NCBI RefSeq assembly: GCF_000017845.1
Contig: NC_010546.1
Location: 390,001 to 422,000, forward strand
Length of the DNA: 32,000 nt
Direction of reading: 5' to 3'
Source: Crocosphaera subtropica ATCC 51142
GTDB lineage: Bacteria > Cyanobacteriota > Cyanobacteriia > Cyanobacteriales > Microcystaceae
A model generated the notes under the pieces. It did no database searches. It had not been told where the DNA came from and saw only the letters and a program-made list of their open reading frames with translations. Position numbers and translations under genes: made by a program. Shown one piece after another: positions 1 to 9,452 of this stretch (the first letter of the stretch is position 1; every line of letters begins with the position of its first letter).

Positions 1-1
1 A

Positions 2-448
2 GTGGGTGCAGTGATCGTCAAAGATAGACAATTATTAGCTACGGGGTATAATGGCTCACCATCAGGAACAGCACACTGTACAGCACAAGGATTCTGTTAT
101 CCTGGACTCGATAGCTGTGATAGTTCTAGTAGTCTCCCTTCCCGTGCCATTCACGCTGAAGCCAATGCCATCGCCCAAGCAGCTAAATATGGCATTTCGA
201 CCCACGGAGCTAGTATTTATGTTACCTTAGAGCCATGCGTTTCTTGTTTAAAATTAATTATCTCTGCAGGCATTAAAGACGTTTTTTATGAAACAGGGTT
301 TAACAAAGGAGAAAAAGCTCTCGTTAGGGATGCTTTTCTCAAAGATGGATTAGTCAATTTAACCCAGATTCACTTATCCTCAGAAACGGCAAAACGTGCT
401 TCCATTTTTCTCTTAAACCCCACATCAGTTGCCAGAGAAATGACTTAA
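2..448 (+). CDS. dCMP/cytidine deaminase (ComEB-type), 5' end cut by the window edge
   Basis: The zinc-binding deaminase motifs HAEANAI and PCVSCLKLI are present. The N-terminal part typical of the family is missing, so the GTG at position 2 is not the true start. Confidence 0.85.
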   Translation: MGAVIVKDRQLLATGYNGSPSGTAHCTAQGFCYPGLDSCDSSSSLPSRAIHAEANAIAQAAKYGISTHGASIYVTLEPCVSCLKLIISAGIKDVFYETGFNKGEKALVRDAFLKDGLVNLTQIHLSSETAKRASIFLLNPTSVAREMT

Positions 449-475
449 CCATCTAACTTTCATCGTGAGGACAAA

Positions 476-3217
476 ATGCAGACGAAATCTTCATCTTCTC
501 ACCTGTATCATGAACTTTCAGACTTAGAAGTTCTCAAAACTTTTAACAGCGATGTCGAAAAGGGTTTAACCGCCGAAGAAGTGGCCAGACGATTAGAACA
601 ATATGGCTTTAACGAACTGGAAATAAAACAGGGAAAACCTGCCTGGCTAAGATTACTCTTACAATTTCATCAGCCTTTGCTGTACATTCTACTCATTGCA
701 GGGGCGATCAAAGCGTTACTCGGTTCTTGGACTAATGCCGGGGTGATTTGGGGGGTAACCATGATCAACGCTGCGATCGGCTTTATTCAAGAATCGAAAG
801 CCGAAGAAGCGATCGCCTCCCTGTCCAAAGCCGTCACCACCGAAGCCACTGTCATCCGTGATAATAGTACCATCGAAATTCCTTCACGAGATTTAGTCCC
901 AGGAGACATTGTTCTCTTAGTGTCTGGGGATAAAGTCCCCGGAGATTTAAGACTCTTAAGGGTTCGTAACCTGCAAATTGATGAATCTGCACTCACAGGA
1001 GAATCCCTCCCCGTCACCAAATCTGTCTCCCCTTTACCTGCCGAAACCACTTTAGCCGAACGCACCAATATGGCTTATACCGGCAGTTTCGTCACCTTTG
1101 GCCAAGGCAAAGGAATAGTCGTCGCCACCTCAGAAGCCACCGAAGTCGGTAAAATTTCCCAGTCCCTCGATCAACGGGTCAATCTTAACACTCCCCTCAC
1201 CCGCAAATTTACCAAGTTTAGTCAGACCTTGGTGTATGTCATTTTGGCTTTGGCAACCCTGACCTTTACCATCGGTATCGGCCAAGGAGAGTCTTGGGTC
1301 TATATGTTTGAGGCAGCCGTTGCCTTGGCGGTGAGTGCCATTCCTGAAGGTTTACCGGCCGTTGTCACCATCACCTTGGCCATCGGAGTCAACCGCATGG
1401 CCAAACGTAACGCTATTATTCGCAAATTAAGTGCCGTCGAAGCGTTGGGGAGTGCCACCGTCATTTGTTCAGATAAAACAGGAACCCTTACAGAAAATCA
1501 AATGACGGTTCAATCGATTTATGCAGGAGAAGAACAATATAGTGTAAGCGGTGGTGGTTATAGTCCCAAAGGGGAGATTTCCTGCGATCTTCAAGAACCC
1601 CATTCTCATCAATCCATTGACACCTTGAGTCCGGTGTTAGAAGACTGTTTGAAAGCAGGATTATTGTGTAATGATTCCCATTTAGAAGCCCGTCATGCAG
1701 ATTGGATGGTAGTGGGGGACCCCACGGAAGGGGCTTTAATTGCAGCCGGGGCCAAAGCCGGGTTAAGCCAAGCTGCCTTAAACAACGCCATGCCTCGCTT
1801 AGATGTGATTCCGTTTGAATCAGAGTTTCAGTATATGGCCACTTTACATCGGGATGGGGAAGAATCGCAATCTGAAAGGGTGATTTATGTCAAAGGATCC
1901 GTAGAAGCCATTTTAAGCCGCTCTCAATACCAATTACAGCATGATGGTCAACGGGTGAGAATTGATCGCGCTTTTATTGAAGACAAAGTTGAGAGGATGG
2001 CAGAACAAGGGTTACGGGTGTTAGCCTTTGCCAAAAAAGAGGTGAACCGTTATCAACATTCCCTGAATCATGAAGATATTGAAAGCGAGTTAATCTTTTT
2101 GGGGTTACAAGGCATGATTGATCCCCCTCGTCCCGAAGCGATCGCAGCTATTGATAATTGCCAATCCGCCGGCATTCGAGTCAAGATGATTACAGGAGAT
2201 CATCTGGCCACAGCCAAAGCCATTGCCCAACGCATGGGCATTCAATTAGGGGAAAAAGTTCTGGCTTTTTCTGGACAACAATTAAGTCAAATGGATACCG
2301 CTACCTTGGTGAAAACCGTAGAAGAGGGATCGGTGTTTGCCCGTGTTGCCCCCGCCCAAAAACTGCAACTGGTAGAGGCGTTACAATCTCAAGGGGAGAT
2401 CGTGGCCATGACGGGAGACGGGGTTAATGATGCGCCGGCGCTGAAACAAGCAGATATCGGGATCGCTATGGGAAAAGGGGGAACGGATGTGGCCCGAGAT
2501 GCTGCGGATATGCTGTTAACAGATGATAATTTTGCTTCGATCGAGGCGGCCGTAGAAGAAGGAAGAACCGTCTATCAAAATTTGCGTAAGGCGATCGCCT
2601 TTCTCTTACCAGTGAATGGGGGAGAGTCGATGACCATTTTAATTAGTGCCTTGTTGGCCAGGGATTTACCTATTCTCTCCTTGCAGGTGTTGTGGTTGAA
2701 TATGATTAACTCGGTGACTATGACAGTGCCTTTGGCCTTTGAACCCAAAACCCCTGGCCTGATGCAAAAACCCCCCCGTGATCCTCAGCAACCGCTATTG
2801 ACCAAACGATTACTCCGTCGCATCTTACTTATTTCTCTGTTTAACTGGATGCTGATTTTTGGTATCTTTGAGTGGGCTAACACCACCACAGGAAATATTG
2901 CGATCGCTCGAACCATGGCTATTCAAGCTTTAGTGGCAGCGCGGATTGTTTATTTATTGAGTATTAGTTCTTTGGGGATGGGTTTAGTGAGTCGTTTTCG
3001 TTCCCATTCAACCCTGATCACCAATACACCCATGATTGTCATTGGCATTGCAACGGCTATTATTTTACAAATTCTCTTTAGTCAATGGGGGCTGATGAAC
3101 AGTCTATTTAACACTGCCCCATTAAACGGACATCAATGGTTAATCTGTCTCTTACCCATGTTACCTATGATTCCTGTTGCCTTTTTTGCTAATTGCTTGG
3201 ATTCACCTCAATCTTAA
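476..3217 (+). CDS. Cation-transporting P-type ATPase (P2-type, PacL/Ca2+-ATPase-like)
   Basis: The 913-aa protein carries the phosphorylation motif DKTGTLT, plus TGES, PEGLP, MITGD and the [21 protein letters not shown] hinge. It has an N-terminal Cation_ATPase_N-like segment ([19 protein letters not shown]) and multiple TM helices. Confidence 0.9.
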   Translation: MQTKSSSSHLYHELSDLEVLKTFNSDVEKGLTAEEVARRLEQYGFNELEIKQGKPAWLRLLLQFHQPLLYILLIAGAIKALLGSWTNAGVIWGVTMINAAIGFIQESKAEEAIASLSKAVTTEATVIRDNSTIEIPSRDLVPGDIVLLVSGDKVPGDLRLLRVRNLQIDESALTGESLPVTKSVSPLPAETTLAERTNMAYTGSFVTFGQGKGIVVATSEATEVGKISQSLDQRVNLNTPLTRKFTKFSQTLVYVILALATLTFTIGIGQGESWVYMFEAAVALAVSAIPEGLPAVVTITLAIGVNRMAKRNAIIRKLSAVEALGSATVICSDKTGTLTENQMTVQSIYAGEEQYSVSGGGYSPKGEISCDLQEPHSHQSIDTLSPVLEDCLKAGLLCNDSHLEARHADWMVVGDPTEGALIAAGAKAGLSQAALNNAMPRLDVIPFESEFQYMATLHRDGEESQSERVIYVKGSVEAILSRSQYQLQHDGQRVRIDRAFIEDKVERMAEQGLRVLAFAKKEVNRYQHSLNHEDIESELIFLGLQGMIDPPRPEAIAAIDNCQSAGIRVKMITGDHLATAKAIAQRMGIQLGEKVLAFSGQQLSQMDTATLVKTVEEGSVFARVAPAQKLQLVEALQSQGEIVAMTGDGVNDAPALKQADIGIAMGKGGTDVARDAADMLLTDDNFASIEAAVEEGRTVYQNLRKAIAFLLPVNGGESMTILISALLARDLPILSLQVLWLNMINSVTMTVPLAFEPKTPGLMQKPPRDPQQPLLTKRLLRRILLISLFNWMLIFGIFEWANTTTGNIAIARTMAIQALVAARIVYLLSISSLGMGLVSRFRSHSTLITNTPMIVIGIATAIILQILFSQWGLMNSLFNTAPLNGHQWLICLLPMLPMIPVAFFANCLDSPQS

Positions 3218-3238
3218 TAAATAGTCGATAAAAAATGA

Positions 3239-3931
3239 TTAAATGGGCAATTTCTGAATCGCTTTATTAGAACCAATTACCACCATTAATAAATCCTTGT
3301 TTAACTTTTCTTGAGGAGGAGGGTTAATATTAAATTTATCATCTTTACCAACTGCTAAAACACTAATTTTATAACGACTTCTTAGCTTTAATTCTTCTAG
3401 GGTTTTGCCATGAAATTCTTCAGGAATACGGGTTTCTACAATGCTATGATCTGGATCAAGTTCAAATCGTTCCATCACCCCTGGATTTTGAGTTAAAACA
3501 TGGGCTAAATCACACCCTGCTTGATATTCAGGAAAGACCACTAAATCTGCTCCTACCCTTTGTAATAGTTTACCGTGAATATCAGAAGAAGCTTTAGCCA
3601 CTACATATTTGACTCCTCCTTCTTTGGCGTTTAAAGTGGTAATAATACTTTCTTCTAAATAGTTGCCGATCGCAACAATTACCGTATCAAATTCAAAGAT
3701 TCCAGCTTCTTTCAAAGCATTGGGTTTCGTAGAATCCAATTCAATCGCACTAGAGGCAAGTTTTTCGGCCAAAATTTGAGCAACTAACGCTTCATTTATG
3801 TCAGTTCCCAACACTTCATAACCTAATTTATGAAGGGTTCCACAAACAGCACGACCAAATCTGCCTAAACCAATAACAGCAAATTGACGGGTTTCTCGAC
3901 GGAGACTACTTAAAAAGTTTAAGGATTGCAA
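3239..3931 (-). CDS. ktrA: K+ uptake regulatory subunit, TrkA/KtrA-type (RCK N and C domains)
   Basis: It has a Rossmann motif (VIGLGRFGRAV) and the length (230 aa) typical of KtrA. It lies immediately downstream of a TrkH/KtrB gene on the same strand. Confidence 0.8.
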   Translation of the reverse strand: MQSLNFLSSLRRETRQFAVIGLGRFGRAVCGTLHKLGYEVLGTDINEALVAQILAEKLASSAIELDSTKPNALKEAGIFEFDTVIVAIGNYLEESIITTLNAKEGGVKYVVAKASSDIHGKLLQRVGADLVVFPEYQAGCDLAHVLTQNPGVMERFELDPDHSIVETRIPEEFHGKTLEELKLRSRYKISVLAVGKDDKFNINPPPQEKLNKDLLMVVIGSNKAIQKLPI

Positions 3932-3994
3932 ATTAATACCTCAACCTTAGTTTAACAACAGTTTTGCAATTCCTTATCATATCAAATTTAAGTC

Positions 3995-5359
3995 TTACCC
4001 CACTAATAAAGTTTCTTCAGGATATTGAACAACCCGTGGTTGAGTTTCTCCGACGATCGCTGCCATAAAAAGAAGAATTCCTACTCTCCCAGTATACATG
4101 GTTAAGATTAATAAAAGTTGAGAAATAGGGGATAAGCTTGCTGTAATTCCTGTGGATAATCCCACGGTAGCAAAGGCAGAAATCACTTCAAATAAAACCT
4201 GTAATGAACTAACACCAGAATCGAAAAAACTAGGATTGACAATTCCTTCATTTAACGAAATCAAAAAAGTCATTAAGACGACCATATTAGTTGAGCCAAA
4301 AACCACAGCAACTGCTTTTAAAATTAAAGGAACCGCTATTTCTCTACGAAACATAACGACCTCATCGTTACCTCTTAAAACGGAACGAGTGCAGTTTGTC
4401 AAAATCCTTAGGGTTGTTGTTTTTATGCCTCCTCCTGTCCCGCTAGGACTAGCCCCAATAAACATTAATCCCATGGTTAAAAATAAACCAGCAAAGGTCA
4501 TTTGTCCAATATCAATACTGTTAAAACCTGCGGTTCTAGTTGTTACTGATTGAAACCATGCTGTCAGTAACTTACTGTTGAAATTAAGTTGACCAAATGT
4601 ATCTGGATTACTATATTCAATAATAAAAAAGATAATGGTTCCTGCTACTAATAAAATAATTGTGGTACTAATGACGACCTTGAAATTCAAGGAAAACATC
4701 AGCCTTTCTCGCTTATTGGTAATTCGATGAACCACAGCCATGTAAAGTTCCATAATGACTTGATAACCAATGCCACCAAAAATAATTAATAAGGGAATAA
4801 CTAAATTAATCGTCCAAGAATCATAAAACCCCATTAAACTATCAGTAAATAAACTAAATCCTGCATTATTCCAAGCACTAATACTATGAAAAATAGCTAA
4901 CCATAATCCCTCTAAGTTTCCATATTTTTCCGCAAAAACATTAAACATCAATAGAATGCCTAAAATCTCAAAAATAAGTGTTGTGGCAATAATAGAACGA
5001 ATCAAAGTTTGGCTATTACCATGTAAAAAAGGACGATCAAAAGACTCTTGTATAGCTAATTTTTGTCTGAGATCAAATCTTCTACCTAACAACAAAATTA
5101 AAAAGGTTGTGGTAGTCATATAACCTAATCCTCCCACTTGAATTAAGAGAAGAATGATTAATTGACCCCAAAAAGAAAAATAACTACCGGTATCAACAAC
5201 AATTAATCCAGTGACACAAACAGCAGAAGTAGAAGTAAATAAAGCAACTAAGGGATTATTCCAACTTCCATCATTAGTGGCAAAAGGTAACATCAACAAA
5301 AGAGTTCCTACAGCAATCACTGCAAGAAACCCTACACAAATCGTCCTAGCAATTGTCAT
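3995..5359 (-). CDS. ktrB: K+ transporter membrane subunit, TrkH/KtrB family
   Basis: This 454-aa polytopic membrane protein has repeated pore-loop glycine motifs (TGL, GGLG, AGF, GGGIKTTT) characteristic of Trk/Ktr/HKT transporters. Confidence 0.85.
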   Translation of the reverse strand: MTIARTICVGFLAVIAVGTLLLMLPFATNDGSWNNPLVALFTSTSAVCVTGLIVVDTGSYFSFWGQLIILLLIQVGGLGYMTTTTFLILLLGRRFDLRQKLAIQESFDRPFLHGNSQTLIRSIIATTLIFEILGILLMFNVFAEKYGNLEGLWLAIFHSISAWNNAGFSLFTDSLMGFYDSWTINLVIPLLIIFGGIGYQVIMELYMAVVHRITNKRERLMFSLNFKVVISTTIILLVAGTIIFFIIEYSNPDTFGQLNFNSKLLTAWFQSVTTRTAGFNSIDIGQMTFAGLFLTMGLMFIGASPSGTGGGIKTTTLRILTNCTRSVLRGNDEVVMFRREIAVPLILKAVAVVFGSTNMVVLMTFLISLNEGIVNPSFFDSGVSSLQVLFEVISAFATVGLSTGITASLSPISQLLLILTMYTGRVGILLFMAAIVGETQPRVVQYPEETLLVG

Positions 5360-5578
5360 CAGAAATTATAATTCTACGATAAGATTGACTGATTTATTAT
5401 TAATTATCGATTATCTATTGTCAATTATCTTTTATCGCTAAGCTGTTGTGCATTTAAACAGGGTATTTCACGTTTTAGTACAAAGGCTTAAATACTTTCT
5501 CCGAAGTTTCCTTTATTTTCGGCTCAGAAGTTCCCATGCAGTCCCAACTCGCAATTTCAACGACTAATAGCTTACCAC

Positions 5579-6142
5579 TTATCGCGAATTCTCGGAACCA
5601 TTATGGGTTAAACTAAGACAAGGAGAGGTTTGTGATTGATCTCTATCTCTCGTGGACGACTTCGACCATTGCGACATGGGTGACGAAATGGTTTCTTCTT
5701 GTAGTTGATCGAGGGTTTCTACAAAATCTTTAATCCCTTTAAATCGTCCATAAACAGAAGCAAAACGGATATAAGCCACTTCATTTTCTTCTCGTAAATA
5801 TTTTAAAACCAACTGTCCAATTTCATGAGTGGTAACTTCCCGTTGAGGACGTTGTTGTAAATAGGCCTCAATATCATCTACAATAGTCTCAAGACGTTGA
5901 TGGGAAATTCCTGTTTTCTCACAAGCTCTAACCATCCCTCTTAAGAGCTTAGAAGCATCGAAGGATTCCTTTTTTCCATCGTGTTTAATGACGGTGATGG
6001 GAACGAACTCGATGCGCTCGTAGGTGGTAAACCGATGCTTACAGTTTAAACACTCACGACGGCGACGGATGCTTTGTCCACCTTCGGAAGAGCGAGATTC
6101 TAAAACACGGCTATTGGTATGCTGACAGTAGGGACATTGCAT
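5579..6142 (-). CDS. nrdR: Transcriptional repressor NrdR (zinc ribbon plus ATP-cone) with a low-complexity C-terminal tail
   Basis: The N-terminus [45 protein letters not shown] is the canonical NrdR CxxC..CxxC ribbon. An ATP-cone follows it. Confidence 0.9.
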   Translation of the reverse strand: MQCPYCQHTNSRVLESRSSEGGQSIRRRRECLNCKHRFTTYERIEFVPITVIKHDGKKESFDASKLLRGMVRACEKTGISHQRLETIVDDIEAYLQQRPQREVTTHEIGQLVLKYLREENEVAYIRFASVYGRFKGIKDFVETLDQLQEETISSPMSQWSKSSTRDRDQSQTSPCLSLTHNGSENSR

Positions 6143-6210
6143 AGGACTATCCGTAGCAACGGAATATGAAGGTAAAAGAAGTAAGATACCAGAATAAGTA
6201 ATAAATTCTT

Positions 6211-6275
6211 GGAAAATAGAATACTCTGAGCCGTGACAATTTTTCCAGGTAAAATTAGGAAAAATAGCGGCTCAG
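6211..6275 (-). terminator. Candidate intrinsic terminator or processing hairpin downstream of psbT
   Basis: The outer 8-bp stem pairs CTGAGCCG (6226-6233) with CGGCTCAG (6268-6275). It encloses an inner 7-bp TTTTTCC/GGAAAAA stem. On the minus strand the hairpin is followed by the U-rich stretch AGUAUUCUAUUUUCC. Confidence 0.4.
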
Positions 6276-6321
6276 ACAGTTATCAGAAGTGGTTAATTGT
6301 AGGGGGATTAAACCCTTAGAC

Positions 6322-6417
6322 CTACTTTTGGATACGGGGGGGCTCCCGAAAGGCGATCGCAAAAAAGAGAACGGCAAGCGCCATAGTTAAAACGACGATA
6401 TAAGCAACACTTTCCAT
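6322..6417 (-). CDS. psbT: Photosystem II reaction centre protein T (31 aa), absent from the supplied ORF track
   Basis: Manual reverse-complement translation gives MESVAYIVVLTMALAVLFFAIAFREPPRIQK followed by a stop codon. This matches the PsbT consensus (FFAIxFREPPRI). AGGAAA lies about 8 nt upstream of the ATG. Confidence 0.85.
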   Translation of the reverse strand: MESVAYIVVLTMALAVLFFAIAFREPPRIQK

Positions 6418-6548
6418 CTTAATAATTTCCTAAAATTATTTTCATTCTTAGTGTATCAAAAAAATGACAAAATGAAATGGAGTTCTGCACCCTCAACAAT
6501 ATTTTTCTGAAGCATTGGTGTCTTGTCTTAACAGTGGCCAGCAGTCAA

Positions 6549-6564
6549 TGATCAGTGATCAGTG
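6549..6564. repeat. Tandem GATCAGT-type short repeat (TGATCAGTGATCAGTG)
   Basis: Read directly from the sequence. The same CAGTGATCAG core recurs at 6933-6968, on the other side of the DUF2288 gene. Confidence 0.6.
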
Positions 6565-6580
6565 TTTATTTCCTACGCTT

Positions 6581-6886
6581 TCATTCCCTTCTGCCAAGAC
6601 GTTGAACTAAAACAAAGGGTTGTACAATTAAAGTCTTAAATAATTGAGTTGGGTTAATATTCCAATCGCTTAATTGTTGATTAGATGGCTTACTAATTAA
6701 CTGTTCTGTAATCCAATGTTCAACAACCATTTTATCGTCTTGAGCAATGGCAACCCCTACATCTAACAAGTTTAAGTTTTCATGAACAACAATAACAGCA
6801 TCTCTTTGGGCATGGGGTTTGATGTCATTCCAATTCACATCTGCCATGTCTTCGTTTAGACGTTTTCTCAGTTCTTCCATAAACAA
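6581..6886 (-). CDS. DUF2288 family protein
   Basis: The 101-aa protein has the pattern W.DI....RDAVIVV...L.L.DV..A...D....V..W, a C-terminal PFVLVQ and a length that match my recollection of DUF2288. No function is known. Confidence 0.65.
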   Translation of the reverse strand: MFMEELRKRLNEDMADVNWNDIKPHAQRDAVIVVHENLNLLDVGVAIAQDDKMVVEHWITEQLISKPSNQQLSDWNINPTQLFKTLIVQPFVLVQRLGRRE

Positions 6887-6932
6887 TTTCTACTTAATTA
6901 GTAAGGTGATGGGTCAATAGTTCCCAATGATT

Positions 6933-6968
6933 CAGTGATCAGTCAATTTACGAGTTAACTGATCACTG
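6933..6968. repeat. Perfect 11-bp inverted repeat with a 14-nt spacer (CAGTGATCAGT / ACTGATCACTG)
   Basis: The arms at 6933-6943 and 6958-6968 are exact reverse complements. The repeat sits between the GH13 stop codon and the DUF2288 start. Confidence 0.7.
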
Positions 6969-6976
6969 TTCATTGA

Positions 6977-8437
6977 TTAAGAGGCTAAAATTAAGCCACA
7001 ACGAGGAGGAATGATTAATTGCAACTGAGCATTATCCCAATTACTTGATCCTTCTCCATGAATCATGTTGTTAGGTTTGATTGTAAGAAGTGAGGGAACT
7101 TTTTCCAATTCAGATAGGTTGATTTCTGCTTTTTCTTGCCCATTATTCACCGCAATAATTAAGGCTTCTTCTTCTGAAATACGAGCAAAAACATAGACTT
7201 TTTCTTGAGCATAGAGAGTCTGATAGTCTCCTGTGCATAAAGCTCTATATTTTTTCCTAATTCGGATTAATTGTTTATAATAAGCTAACGCCTCAGAGTC
7301 CCATTTTTCTTCTGCCGGAAAGCCTTTTCTACAATCAGGTTCATGACCTCCTTCAATTCCAATTTCATCCCCATAAAATATGTTTGGGGTTCCAGGAAAG
7401 GTAAATAATAATAAAGCACCTAATTTAGCCGAAGTGCGATCGCCTTTTGCAATGCTCAAGAATCGGGATGTATCATGGCTATCGAGTAAGTTTAACTGGG
7501 TTAATTGAATCTCCCAAGGATGACGGGCTAATAATTCTTCAATACCCTTAGCATATCCTGGAGCATCGAGGGGTTCGTAAGGTTCATAAAAATGGGGAAT
7601 AATGTCTTTGTCAACGCGATCGCCAATAATAAAGGCGGCCGTCAGACGACCAAAGGGATAATTCATCACTCCATCAAATTGTTTCCCATCCAGCCATTGA
7701 GTTGCATCAAAGGCAATTTCTCCGACAATATAGGCCTCAGGATTCACCCCTTTAACCCGTTCTCGAAATTCCTCCCAAAAACCGTCCGCTTTCACACAGT
7801 CCGGCACATCTAACCGCCAACCGTCAATCCCCTGGTGTAACCAATATTCCCCTACTTGCATAATATATTCTCTTACCGCCGGATTGTCATGATTAAACTG
7901 GGGTAAGGCACGATAATCGATCCAAGATACATAATTGGCCGGAAGACTACCATCATAAGCAGATAGAGGCCAACCCTGGATCTTAAACCAATCTAACCAA
8001 GGGGAATTAGGTCCATTTTCCAGGATATCGTTGAAAAAGAAAAAGCCTCGACTGGCGTGATTAAATACCCCATCTAAAACAACCTTAAACCCTTTTTCAT
8101 GAGCAGCTTTCAGTAACAAATCAAAGGCTTCTCTATCTCCCAATAGGGGATCAATGCCATAGTAATCGTGGGTATGGTAACGATGGTTACTAGCAGACCG
8201 AAAAATAGGGGTAAAATAGAGAGCCGTGACTCCTAAATCTTGTAAATAATCTAATTTATCAATTACACCCCAGAGGTTTCCCCCTTTGTATCCTTGATAG
8301 GTTGGGGGTGCGTCCCAGTCTTCTAGGGGAACGTCTAATAACCATTTCTGATGAGGAGGAACCTTTCTCGCAAAGGCATCTGGATATATTTGATAAAAAA
8401 CGGCGTGTTTCACCCAGTCGGGAGTTTTAATAGCCAT
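6977..8437 (-). CDS. Glycoside hydrolase family 13 (alpha-amylase family, neopullulanase/cyclomaltodextrinase-like)
   Basis: GH13 conserved regions are present: DGVFNHAS (region I), GIDGWRLDVPD (region II, nucleophile Asp), GEIAFD (region III) and LLDSHDTSR (region IV). Confidence 0.85.
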   Translation of the reverse strand: MAIKTPDWVKHAVFYQIYPDAFARKVPPHQKWLLDVPLEDWDAPPTYQGYKGGNLWGVIDKLDYLQDLGVTALYFTPIFRSASNHRYHTHDYYGIDPLLGDREAFDLLLKAAHEKGFKVVLDGVFNHASRGFFFFNDILENGPNSPWLDWFKIQGWPLSAYDGSLPANYVSWIDYRALPQFNHDNPAVREYIMQVGEYWLHQGIDGWRLDVPDCVKADGFWEEFRERVKGVNPEAYIVGEIAFDATQWLDGKQFDGVMNYPFGRLTAAFIIGDRVDKDIIPHFYEPYEPLDAPGYAKGIEELLARHPWEIQLTQLNLLDSHDTSRFLSIAKGDRTSAKLGALLLFTFPGTPNIFYGDEIGIEGGHEPDCRKGFPAEEKWDSEALAYYKQLIRIRKKYRALCTGDYQTLYAQEKVYVFARISEEEALIIAVNNGQEKAEINLSELEKVPSLLTIKPNNMIHGEGSSNWDNAQLQLIIPPRCGLILAS

Positions 8438-8564
8438 GAAATCTCTCGTAATGGTTTTCCATTTTTAGATCACTATCGTATCATGGGAGAGATGAGAATC
8501 CCCCATAAGAATCCCTATCTCTCTCTAAAGTATGGGATGGTTTGAAAGTATGGTCAAGACTGTG

Positions 8565-9383
8565 TTACATAAACACGCGATGTTGCAAAGATGGCATTTG
8601 TTGACGCACCTGTTTAATACGTTGGGGATTAATTTCTGCTAGTGCCATTCCGGGTTGTTGTCCTGCGTCTTCTAAAATGATGCCCCAAGGGTCAATAATG
8701 ACAGCATGACCGTGGGTAAACCGTCTGGCATAGTGGTTTCCTGTTTGGGCTGGTGCTATGATATAACAGGTGTTTTCAATGGCTCTGGCTTGTAAGAGGA
8801 CTTGCCAGTGATCTTTGCCAGTAAAGGCGGTAAAGGCAGCCGGAATAAAGAGAACGTCCACCCCTTGATGGGATAAATGACGATATAACTCAGGAAAGCG
8901 AACATCGTAACAAATGGAGAGTCCTAAATTTCCTAAGTCTTGAGAGGGATAAATATCAGGTAACTGGCTTCCTGGCATTACCGTACTCGATTCCTGATAA
9001 GTATTACCATCAGGAAGGTCTACGTCAAATAGGTGAACTTTTTGGTAGCGATAGAGTTCTTTTCCGGTAGGATCAACTAAAATAGCGGTATTATAAGCCT
9101 TACTGGGATCACCTTCTACGGGGACAGGGAACCCTCCCCCTAAAATAGTGACCTGAAAACGTTGAGCCATGGTTTTGAGAAATTTCTGAGCTTTTTGAGA
9201 AATTTCTTTAGCTTGGCTGAGTTTATCTTCTTCTTCACCTAAAAAGGCAAAGTTTTCTGGTAAGCCAATTAATTCAGCCCCACGACGGACAGCAAGTTCA
9301 ATAAGTTCTTCGGCCTCTACTAGATTTTTATCTAGATCAGGCTTGCTTGTCATCTGAATGGCAGCAGCGAGATAAGGTTTCAT
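8565..9383 (-). CDS. Carbon-nitrogen hydrolase (nitrilase superfamily, omega-amidase/Nit-like)
   Basis: The 272-aa protein has an E-K-C triad context: LPENF (Glu), YQKVHLFD (Lys) and LSICYDVRFPE (catalytic Cys). Confidence 0.85.
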   Translation of the reverse strand: MKPYLAAAIQMTSKPDLDKNLVEAEELIELAVRRGAELIGLPENFAFLGEEEDKLSQAKEISQKAQKFLKTMAQRFQVTILGGGFPVPVEGDPSKAYNTAILVDPTGKELYRYQKVHLFDVDLPDGNTYQESSTVMPGSQLPDIYPSQDLGNLGLSICYDVRFPELYRHLSHQGVDVLFIPAAFTAFTGKDHWQVLLQARAIENTCYIIAPAQTGNHYARRFTHGHAVIIDPWGIILEDAGQQPGMALAEINPQRIKQVRQQMPSLQHRVFM

Positions 9384-9452
9384 CAGTTCTTTTTAGTTAG
9401 AATCCTAACTGTAATTATAAGCTGAAAGGGGAGTAAACAACTGATCATTAAA

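Noticed and set aside
787-1068. ORFs of 60-160 aa that lie antisense to, or out of frame within, longer confidently assigned genes. They are 787-1068, 2158-2427, 4152-4553, 5211-5441, 7592-7813, 8351-8545, 9814-10083, 11874-12143, 13157-13408, 13846-14055, 15034-15327, 15793-16068, 17260-17493, 20207-20473, 20295-20480, 20968-21156, 22498-22734, 23296-23643 and 30435-30659.
   Set aside because: Each is embedded in a gene with clear family motifs. Their translations are low-complexity or Arg/Ser/Pro-rich in the way typical of shadow frames, and none has a recognisable motif or ribosome-binding site.
5360-5578. A 20-codon ORF (MGTSEPKIKETSEKVFKPLY) and GAAGTTTCC/GAAGTTCC direct repeats in the ktrB-nrdR intergenic region.
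   Set aside because: The peptide matches nothing I know and lacks a ribosome-binding site. The repeats are short and imperfect, so the evidence is insufficient for a feature call.
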